Assembly (NCBI RefSeq): GCF_958415495.1
Contig: NZ_CATZLL010000010.1
Location: 101,267-165,266, forward strand
Reading direction: 5' to 3'
Source: Ralstonia flaminis
Lineage (GTDB): Bacteria > Pseudomonadota > Gammaproteobacteria > Burkholderiales > Burkholderiaceae
DNA length: 64,000 nt
This document shows, piece after piece, positions 56,995 through 64,000 of this stretch (its first letter is position 1; the number at the start of each line of letters is the position of its first letter). The position numbers and the translations under genes are program-made. Under the pieces are notes generated by a model. The model ran no database searches, was not told the origin of the DNA, and saw nothing but the letters and a program-made list of their open reading frames with translations.

Positions 56995-57190
56995 GGCGAC
57001 GTGACACGTACATACCCCGTAAGGGGAAGCTACGTGTCACCGGCGGGCACCGATCGGTTATGCGCTGAACCACGTGACACTCACGTGCACCGCACGGTGC
57101 AGCTACGTGTCACTAGCAGAGGCTGACCAATCTCGCCCAGCTCGTCGTGACATCTACGTCTCCCGCAAGGGGGAGCTACGTGTCATGTCG
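56995..57190. repeat. parC-like centromere: array of direct repeats AGCTACGTGTCA(C/T) at 57028, 57101 and 57174 (about 73 bp apart) alternating with inverted copies GTGACACGT / GTGACATCTACGT at 57001, 57074 and 57147, directly upstream of the ParM-like gene
   Basis: Repeat units read directly. Two of the direct repeats are preceded by CCCCGTAAGGGGA / CCCGCAAGGGGG. Confidence 0.6.
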
Positions 57191-57252
57191 CCCTCACGCG
57201 TCATTCCACTGCCCCGGCGGAAGCTGCTCCGCCCCAACACAAGGTCTGCACC

Positions 57253-58251
57253 ATGAAAGCCGCCACCGTTGCCGTCGACGTCGGATACGGAAACACCAAG
57301 TTCGCGTTCCCGATGGGCTCCGAGACCAAGCTGAACATGTTCCCGTCCCTCGCGCCGCAAGCCGCGCCACGCGCGCTTGCCAACCACGGGAACGGCTTCT
57401 TCAAAGCGCGCGACGTAATCACCATTGCCATTGACGGCGTGGAATACGAAGTCGGCCCCGGTGTGTCGCTCTCCTCGGCATATGGTCAGACCGGCCGCAC
57501 GCTGTCGGAGGACTTTGTGACCAAAGACGAGTACGCCGCGCTGCTGGGTGGCGCCCTGCGCCTCGCCCAGGTATCGGAGGTGGGCCAACTGATCCTAGGC
57601 CTGCCCGTTCACACGACCCAGAAATACGCTTCCTACTTGCGCGATCGCTTCACAGGAACGCTTGATTTCGGGGGCGAACCCGTTGAGATCGGATCGGTCA
57701 TCTGCTTGCCGCAACCGCTCGGCGCGCTGGTGACGTTTATGCGCCAACAGAACACCAAGTTCGATGCCGACAACGCGCACCTGGTCATCGATGTCGGCTA
57801 CTTCACCACCGATTGGGTGGTCGCCCAGGGCTTCACGATGGACGACAATCGCAGCGGCGGCGTACCGGGCGGCTCGTCCAAGATCTATCAGCAGATCGCA
57901 TCGCTGATTGAGCAGGACGAGGGTGAGCCTGTCACCGGCATTGAGCGCATCGACAAGTGCCTGCGCGACAAAAAGCCGATGCTGTTCTTCGACAAGGAGA
58001 TCGATCTCACGCCGTATCTGGAAAAAGCGCGCAGCGTCTGCCAGCTCGCCGTCAAGGAAATCCAGACCCGCGTCGGCCGAACCGAAGACATCCGCGCGAT
58101 CATCCTCGCCGGCGGCGGCAGCGCACTCTATGTGCCTGCCATTCGTGCCGCGTTCCCGCGCACCCCCATCCATGCCCTTTCCTCCCCGTGCTTCGCTAAT
58201 GTGAGCGGCTTCTACGACATTGGTAGCACGCGCCCGGTGAAGCAGAAGTAA
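57253..58251 (+). CDS. parM: ParM/StbA-family actin-like ATPase (plasmid segregation), 332 aa
   Basis: N-terminal phosphate-1 motif VAVDVGYGNTKFA and the actin-fold connect/adenosine motifs (IDVGYFTTDW, ILAGGGSALY). Confidence 0.7.
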   Translation: MKAATVAVDVGYGNTKFAFPMGSETKLNMFPSLAPQAAPRALANHGNGFFKARDVITIAIDGVEYEVGPGVSLSSAYGQTGRTLSEDFVTKDEYAALLGGALRLAQVSEVGQLILGLPVHTTQKYASYLRDRFTGTLDFGGEPVEIGSVICLPQPLGALVTFMRQQNTKFDADNAHLVIDVGYFTTDWVVAQGFTMDDNRSGGVPGGSSKIYQQIASLIEQDEGEPVTGIERIDKCLRDKKPMLFFDKEIDLTPYLEKARSVCQLAVKEIQTRVGRTEDIRAIILAGGGSALYVPAIRAAFPRTPIHALSSPCFANVSGFYDIGSTRPVKQK

Positions 58252-58270
58252 TCGGGGGCGCCATTCCACC

Positions 58271-58657
58271 ATGGACAAGCTCTCGATCAAGGTCACGCTG
58301 ACGCCCGTCACCGCGCCGACTCTCTTCCCCTATCTGGCCGGCATCCTGGATTCCAAACAACGCGCGCACGCGCTGCGGCACATGGCAGAACTCGGCTACA
58401 CCGCGTTCCTGGCTAGGCAAGCGGTGCAGACAAATCTGGTGCCGGCACAGGCCATTGCACCGGCTGTCGCCACACTCGTGTCTGCAGCACCAGCGCCGTT
58501 CGCTCTCGCGGAGTCTGTGGCACGGCCAAATCCTTCGCCCGCCCCCGCTTTCGATCCGGCCGCCTTGTCCGAGTCCGACTCGCCTTCGCCTGATGGACTG
58601 CCAACGGCGATGGCCGAGCACCTCGGTGAAGCCATGGCGCGATTCTTTCCAAACTAA
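58271..58657 (+). CDS. ParR/StbB-like putative centromere-binding adaptor, 128 aa
   Basis: Small gene immediately downstream of the ParM-like gene, with an N-terminal basic region and a low-complexity tail. Confidence 0.4.
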   Translation: MDKLSIKVTLTPVTAPTLFPYLAGILDSKQRAHALRHMAELGYTAFLARQAVQTNLVPAQAIAPAVATLVSAAPAPFALAESVARPNPSPAPAFDPAALSESDSPSPDGLPTAMAEHLGEAMARFFPN

Positions 58658-58774
58658 CCCTGCAGCGTAGCGGCGCCAAAGGTTGACATGGCGACAGCCC
58701 GGGTATCCTGAAGACATCAAGCGGTCAAAGGCAACCGCGTTCGTGTAACCTCACACCCTTCAGGAGGCATTGAA

Positions 58775-58912
58775 ATGGCTGACTTCTTCGCTCACCTCAA
58801 CTACGTCAATACCGCCAAATTCTGGTTGATCGCCGGCACCGGCATGGCAATTCTGGAAGCCGCGCGCGTCGTGCTCGGCCGGTTTGCCCAGCGGCCCGTC
58901 GGCCACGAGTAA
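58775..58912 (+). CDS. Small membrane protein, 45 aa (strong AGGAGG RBS)
   Basis: Own translation: MADFFAHLNYVNTAKFWLIAGTGMAILEAARVVLGRFAQRPVGHE. Followed by a terminator. Confidence 0.35.
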   Translation: MADFFAHLNYVNTAKFWLIAGTGMAILEAARVVLGRFAQRPVGHE

Positions 58913-58948
58913 CGGCCCGGCGAATCACGAATCGAAGGCGAAAAAAAA

Positions 58949-58973
58949 CGCCCGGCAGTGCCGGGCGTTTTTC
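58949..58973. terminator. Bidirectional intrinsic terminator (A8-CGCCCGGCAGTGCCGGGCG-T5)
   Basis: Perfect 7-bp GC stem flanked by A8 and T5. Confidence 0.7.
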
Positions 58974-59301
58974 GTTAGGGTTGGGTACTTCAATCAGTGC
59001 AGCGATGCACGTTGCAGACAGAACGTCTCGACGAAATCGAGATCGCTGTCCTTGCCAACGAACTCCATGCTGCCGCCGTCGCTGCGGCGAAAGACGTGGT
59101 AGCACTGCGCATCAGACTTGCCCGCTGGAACCTCCAGCGAATCGACAATGCGCATCGCGTGGATCTGCAGTTTTCCGACCACTTGAATGAATCCCTTCAT
59201 GGGCATAGCGAACTCCAGAATGCGCCCAGGGAATTCGCCCTGTGGGACGAACCCACAGGGCAGAAGTAAAGAGAAAATGCCACCCGAAGGCGGCAACGAA
59301 C

Positions 59302-60378
59302 TTAGGCGGCAACCGCCTCGTGATGCACAGCGCGCGACTGATATTCAGCACACCACTCGTCACAGAAATCTGTACCGCGCAGCTTCGGCCGATGGATGAC
59401 AACCGTGAAGCCTTCCGCACGCAAGCGCTTGGCGAGCGTCAAGGCATCGGACATTCCCGGCGACTTTCCCGTCTTTGGATCCACTGCATCAAAGTCGGCA
59501 AAGATGTGCACGGTGTGGATGCCAAGACCTTCTGGCACAACGAACTGGCTGACCAGCACGCGATTGAGGCAATACCACATCGGCACACCGAAGAGCATGT
59601 AGGCAGCGTAGGAAGTCTCCAGCCCTTCCGCGATCCCGATCTCACCGTTACGAGGCGTCATCAGCCGCACCGCGCCGCCGGCGAGCGGCAACGCCGACAC
59701 GTCATTGCGCTTGGCGGGCAATACCTCCCCGTCCTTGCTGATGATGGTCGCCTTCATCGGCTTGACGGGGTCCAACGAGGTTCGATGCACGGTCGCCATC
59801 TGGCCATCGGGCAAGGTGAATTTGGCGATGATGGTTAGATAACGGCCGATCACCTCGTCCTCAAACAGGTAGTCCTGCATCGCAACCCGCAACGATTGCG
59901 GACGCGGCGCCCGGAGCCCCGGAACCCGTGCGGCCAAGTAGTGCATCACGTGGTCGCCTGGCGTGAGAGACACTGCTTCATCCCACTGCTTATGGATGCG
60001 GCGCTTCTTCCAGACGGGATCGGCTGACTTCTTTTGCCGACAGGCGACCGGCCGATTGACCAAGGGACCGATTGGATGAACGGGTTCGCCGTTCAATCTG
60101 CAGGTCAATTCGTGATACGACATACCAGTCGCGCGACACACGAGCTCAATGCCGTCTCCGGCTTTGGGGCTACCAGCGTTGCATTTGCGGCAGACCCAAT
60201 CGCCGCGACCACGTTTGTTGTCGTAGGTAAATCGATCGTGCCCACCACAGATCGGGCACGGGCCAGGCCTACCCTTCCAGAAGCTCTCCGTGAGGAAAGC
60301 CGCCGGCAGGTATTGGTTCACCAGAGCATCCCATTGAGTGGGCGTCCAGTTTTGCACTATTTCACTCAGTTTCTTCAT
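59302..60378 (-). CDS. DNA primase, P4-alpha/TraC-like (zinc-binding domain + Toprim), 358 aa
   Basis: Zinc ribbon CPICGGHDRF...CRKC and a Toprim-like acidic region (FADFDAVDPKTG). Confidence 0.6.
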   Translation of the reverse strand: MKKLSEIVQNWTPTQWDALVNQYLPAAFLTESFWKGRPGPCPICGGHDRFTYDNKRGRGDWVCRKCNAGSPKAGDGIELVCRATGMSYHELTCRLNGEPVHPIGPLVNRPVACRQKKSADPVWKKRRIHKQWDEAVSLTPGDHVMHYLAARVPGLRAPRPQSLRVAMQDYLFEDEVIGRYLTIIAKFTLPDGQMATVHRTSLDPVKPMKATIISKDGEVLPAKRNDVSALPLAGGAVRLMTPRNGEIGIAEGLETSYAAYMLFGVPMWYCLNRVLVSQFVVPEGLGIHTVHIFADFDAVDPKTGKSPGMSDALTLAKRLRAEGFTVVIHRPKLRGTDFCDEWCAEYQSRAVHHEAVAA

Positions 60379-60615
60379 GGGATGACTCCAGGTGGAGTGT
60401 TGGTCGATGCCTGAGACAGGCGAGGGAACGCTTGCTCAAAGGACGGCCCGCACGGGCAGACCGTCTTTTCAGCACGACGTCTTGGGGGTGAGATTCGAAG
60501 GGGGATGCGCCAAGCGACCGCCGGCGCAGGAGAGGAAGTTGCCCCTCCAGGTTCCACTTTCGTGGAAGCCCAGAGGCGCTTGAGAAGAACTACAAATGAG
60601 CCCTGTCGATCAGGA

Positions 60616-61149
60616 CTAGAACGGGATGTCCGGGTCGTCAAAATCCTCGAAGCCGTTGGACGGCGCGGGTTGACGACGTGCACTACTGCCCTGGCCACTG
60701 CCGCCTGCGCTGCGGCTCATTCCTCCAGCCTGGCTGCGGCTACCGCCATGGCCACCGCTAGTATCATCGCCACCGCGCGAGTAACCACCACCGCCTTCAC
60801 TTTCACCACCGGCGCCCTGTCGGCCGCCAAGCATCTGCATCTGCTCCGCGACAATCTCGGTGCTGTATTGCTTCTGGCCGTCTTTCTCCCATTGACGGGT
60901 TTTCAGACGACCCTCGATGTAGACCGACGATCCCTTCTTCAGATACTCGCCAGCGATTTCCGCCAAGCGACCGAAGAACGCGATGCGATGCCATTCGGTG
61001 GCTTCGCGCATCTCACCGCTACCCTTGTCCTTAAAGCGATCGGTGGTTGCCACGCGGATGTTGGTGACCGCGTCGCCACTGGGCATGTAACGTGTTTCCG
61101 GATCAGCACCGAGGTTGCCCACGATGATGACCTTGTTGACTGAAGCCAT
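60616..61149 (-). CDS. ssb: Single-stranded DNA-binding protein SSB, 177 aa
   Basis: OB-fold N-terminus ([17 protein letters not shown]...[12 protein letters not shown]), Gly-rich linker, and an acidic tail ending DDPDIPF. Confidence 0.8.
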   Translation of the reverse strand: MASVNKVIIVGNLGADPETRYMPSGDAVTNIRVATTDRFKDKGSGEMREATEWHRIAFFGRLAEIAGEYLKKGSSVYIEGRLKTRQWEKDGQKQYSTEIVAEQMQMLGGRQGAGGESEGGGGYSRGGDDTSGGHGGSRSQAGGMSRSAGGSGQGSSARRQPAPSNGFEDFDDPDIPF

Positions 61150-61166
61150 ACGGAATTACCTTTTGG

Positions 61167-61934
61167 TTAATGGGCTACGGAGATGGACCACAGCCACTTG
61201 TCATGAACCTTTTGGTTGCCGTTCTCATCGAGAACGGGGTCACCACTCTTTTCATCGAAGGCCGGGACCTTGATCTTGCGAAGGCGTTTGACCTCAACTG
61301 CGTCGCCGAGCTTGCAGCCCGCCTCCGAGATTGCGTCCTTCAGGCCTTCGCCCTGCAGCGTCTCCATGCCTGAGGCCATTTCGAGCTTCAACGCAAAATT
61401 CTTGTAGGACTTACCGGGACGTTTGCGATCAGGGAACCGCTCTTCGCCCCACGACTTGATGCGACCGTGATAGGTGGCACGCGAGCGCGCTTCAGGGGCA
61501 CGTGCGCGGCGGGCCTGCGCATCGGCCTCAACCGGTGCTTCCTCCGTCGTTTCGGGCACTGCCCGTCTAGGGGCAGCCGCACTGCGAGTCGGCTCCTGCT
61601 TGACTGAGGAAGGCTGGACGCCGCCCTGAATGACCTGTGCCACCACCTCCGTCACCTTCAAGCCCTCGTGGACTGCTTTGAGAGACCAATGGGGGATTAA
61701 GGCAGGCAGCAGCTTGGGACCGAACGGGGTCTCGGTGAGACGGCTCTCGAAGAGCGCAACGAAATGCGCGACTCGATCACCTTCATCGCGAAACAGGTGC
61801 GGCTCACCGCTGATGGTCATCTGTGTTTCGTTGTTGCCGCCAGCACCAACCTTGATGGGTTCGGCGTCTGCGTGACGCTGAGGGTTGTCGGCTTTGGGAA
61901 GGAGCACCTTCACGAGCGATTCGAGGAACGTCAT
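61167..61934 (-). CDS. Hypothetical protein, 255 aa
   Basis: Track ORF. Confidence 0.45.
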   Translation of the reverse strand: MTFLESLVKVLLPKADNPQRHADAEPIKVGAGGNNETQMTISGEPHLFRDEGDRVAHFVALFESRLTETPFGPKLLPALIPHWSLKAVHEGLKVTEVVAQVIQGGVQPSSVKQEPTRSAAAPRRAVPETTEEAPVEADAQARRARAPEARSRATYHGRIKSWGEERFPDRKRPGKSYKNFALKLEMASGMETLQGEGLKDAISEAGCKLGDAVEVKRLRKIKVPAFDEKSGDPVLDENGNQKVHDKWLWSISVAH

Positions 61935-61942
61935 GCGGCCTC

Positions 61943-62371
61943 CTACAACAGCGTGCCGCAGAACGAATGCCTCAGTTCGTCGAGATCCTTCTTCAGCCTA
62001 GGCTGGTTCAGGATGACGTCCTGCAGGACTTCGGGGTTCACCCCGGTCACTGCGCACACGTACAGGTACGGCAGCGCACCGTCCCAGTAGTGAAAGATCC
62101 AGCCGAGCGTCATGCGGTAATCCTCCAAGTCATAGAGGGTTCCGCGCATCCGCGCGCGAAGCATGTCGGCGCAGTCGATAAGGGACTCGGGCATGTTGTC
62201 GCCTCGGCGGCTGTCGCATGCGAGGCTGATGAGAGCGTCGACCATCTTCTCCTTGACCGAGTCGGACCAGTAGGCCGGATCCGGGAGAGGGTCTTGCTTG
62301 TGTTGCGTGGGGGTTACGGCAGCAGCATCCCCGAAGAAATCGAGTTGCCACGCGACTGCATTGGTATTCAT
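61943..62371 (-). CDS. Hypothetical protein, 142 aa
   Basis: Track ORF. Confidence 0.4.
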   Translation of the reverse strand: MNTNAVAWQLDFFGDAAAVTPTQHKQDPLPDPAYWSDSVKEKMVDALISLACDSRRGDNMPESLIDCADMLRARMRGTLYDLEDYRMTLGWIFHYWDGALPYLYVCAVTGVNPEVLQDVILNQPRLKKDLDELRHSFCGTLL

Positions 62372-62468
62372 GGTGACTTCTCCATGGGGCAGCCTCCCCC
62401 CACCTGCTGGCGGGAGAAGACTCCCACCAACAGGGGGTTAAAGGCGCCTTCCAAGGGAAGGCCTGAGG

Positions 62469-62783
62469 TCAAGGGCGCGTGGCGGCCTTGGGGCGAAGCA
62501 TGGGCGTGACAACCGCGGACTTCGCATAGCGTGCCGTGTTGGCAGCCGGGCGCACCGCGGGAGCGGCCTTGTCCGCCTCGGCTTGTGCAGGCTTCGGCGG
62601 GATGATGACGGGTGCAGCAGGGATCGGTGCAGCCTTCTCGCTCTTCAGGCTATGCCAGATGACCGAGAGGAACACGATGCCTACGACAACGGCGATGGCA
62701 TGCGAATGCGCGGCCATGTACAGCACCAGCATCGTGCAGAACAGACGAAAGGGGGTATTGACGAACTTGAGCAGGGATTCCAT
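62469..62783 (-). CDS. Membrane protein, ~105 aa (start MESLLKF; Pro/Ala-rich tail)
   Basis: Internal start of track ORF 62469..62891. Confidence 0.35.
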   Translation of the reverse strand: MESLLKFVNTPFRLFCTMLVLYMAAHSHAIAVVVGIVFLSVIWHSLKSEKAAPIPAAPVIIPPKPAQAEADKAAPAVRPAANTARYAKSAVVTPMLRPKAATRP

Positions 62784-62993
62784 GGTTCTCTCTCCAGAAA
62801 ACGCGGCAAGGGATTTCCTGGCGGCTGCCAGGCGATCATTCGATGCTCGGATGAGCAAGGAATCCCGCAAGCAACAACGTGCTTGCCTCACGCGCGAGCG
62901 TCAGGCAAACAAGCTGAGCCGGGACAAATCAGAAAGGGAGAATGGCGCTGAGCGGCTGTGAAGCCAGATGGAGTTGCTCCATCAAGCGCAAGT

Positions 62994-63013
62994 TCGATGC
63001 GTCAACGACGCGG
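62994..63013 (+). repeat. 22-mer family copy f: TCGATGCGTCAACGACGCGG
   Basis: Divergent intergenic region between 62783 and 63530. Confidence 0.6.
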
Positions 63014-63529
63014 AGATGTCACGAACTTTAGCGGATGCAGTGGATCCGCGCAAGCTCGCACGCGCGAGCCTATCCGCTGCAAGGCAGTGGATGACGCGAC
63101 GCTCATGCCATCGGATGCCCCCCTTTTGTGGGGCATTTGAAGATGCATTCAGAAAATCTTAATTCGCTTTGACGACTGATATTAGCTTCATTTAATTCAC
63201 GCACCCCTCCAAATACTGCACCCACACCCCACCTCATTGGGGTTAAGTATTGCGATTCGGCGAACGATACAACGATAGAGTCGCGTCTTCCTTTAGCAAT
63301 TCGTAATAGGCCGTTCGTATGTAGCCGCTTTCCGACCCGCCCCAACCGATGACCTTCGATTTTGCTCTCGCACATCGCAGGCCACGCGTTCACTTGACTT
63401 CTCCCTGACCGCCTTACGATGGCTCGAAGAGGAGGTGCATTCGCGGTAACCATCCGCATCGCACCGCCCGTTTGGCGCCTGAGCACATCTGGCTCCGGTC
63501 ACGAGAACACTCCACTGGCTTACATCGAC

Positions 63530-64000
63530 ATGACTCATACGGACTTCCAGCTTGCGCAAACGATCACGGACGACGGTTCTGTCTCCGCCATGACATTCGC
63601 GAGGACCCAGTTCATGGACCTGGACGAATCGTCGATTGGCCGAATCGCACAGGCGACCGAGGAAATCTGGCAGTCGCAAAACCGTGTCGTGGCCGAGTTC
63701 ATCGCAATTGGGGCACGGCTGGTCCACATTGACGGCATCATCATGGGGAGCCTCACGCGCACCCTCGGTGATGAGACCGTGGCCAGGAAGCGCGGGAGTG
63801 CCATGCTGTCCAGCTACGCAAGCACCGTCCTTCGGATGACCGATTCACGCGTGGCTCTCTACATCAACATCTACAGGAAGTTTGCGAACAACAGCCGGGC
63901 CATCACCAACCTGACCTTGGGTGAGATGAAGATCTTGGCCCGCAAGGACATCACCGATGACGAAGTCGACAAGGTCATCGAGCACAAGTTGAAGACGGAT
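63530..64000 (+). CDS. Hypothetical protein, 5' part (continues past window end); MTHTDFQLAQTITDDGSV...
   Basis: Open frame from the ATG at 63530 to the window end with coding-like composition. Confidence 0.35.
   Translation, partial: MTHTDFQLAQTITDDGSVSAMTFARTQFMDLDESSIGRIAQATEEIWQSQNRVVAEFIAIGARLVHIDGIIMGSLTRTLGDETVARKRGSAMLSSYASTVLRMTDSRVALYINIYRKFANNSRAITNLTLGEMKILARKDITDDEVDKVIEHKLKTD

Noticed and set aside
1-64000. CRISPR arrays, rRNA genes
   Set aside because: No regularly spaced short direct repeats with unique spacers and no rRNA-like conserved stretches were seen. The only regular repeats are the parC iterons and the dispersed 22-mer boxes.

Overview
GC-rich beta-proteobacterial-looking DNA (Cupriavidus/Ralstonia/Acidovorax style) that reads as accessory, mobile-element DNA throughout. 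Three parts are visible.
(1) Left end, about 1-8195. A pbr-like lead/cadmium resistance module: a partial PbrA/CadA-type P1B ATPase with two CPTEE metal-binding domains, a divergent MerR-family PbrR/CadR regulator with a perfect 21-bp palindromic operator, and a PbrT-like cytochrome c-ILT(FTR1) fusion. It abuts a Tn3-family transposition module: a 977-aa TnpA, a tyrosine recombinase, and a 38-bp GGGG-type terminal inverted repeat ending at 8195. That repeat truncates a host gene (8189-8434).
(2) About 8.5-56 kb, backbone/cargo of a large integrative or conjugative element, mostly minus strand. It contains an SbcD/SbcC-like nuclease-ATPase operon, a bactofilin/membrane-protein module, a MoxR AAA / DUF3150-like / VWA-metallopeptidase triad, and a run of small membrane proteins with an SPFH/flotillin gene and an amber-interrupted SlyB-like lipoprotein. 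It also holds a complete 7-gene PRTRC cassette (ThiF/E1, JAB, B, F, Ub-like C, E, ParB) followed by an N6-adenine methyltransferase, and an 8-gene plus-strand operon built around a UvrD-like SF1 helicase and five unrecognisable proteins. Near the right end of this part are a Lar-like protein, a secreted DRGH-type endonuclease and an internal tyrosine integrase.
(3) Right end. A plasmid-like maintenance/replication module: a parC-like iteron centromere, ParM actin-like ATPase, ParR-like protein, P4-type primase and SSB.
Two repeated intergenic DNA motifs look like an element-wide regulatory code. A 20-bp box TCGATGCGTC-N3-GACGCG(G/A) occurs 7 times, all on the same strand, plus one degenerate copy. 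An 18-bp GGAAC/GTTCC-type palindrome occurs 3 times, each 35-60 bp upstream of a minus-strand operon start. No rRNA, tRNA or CRISPR array was recognised. Many long ORFs in the six-frame track are antisense artefacts of the high GC content and were rejected.
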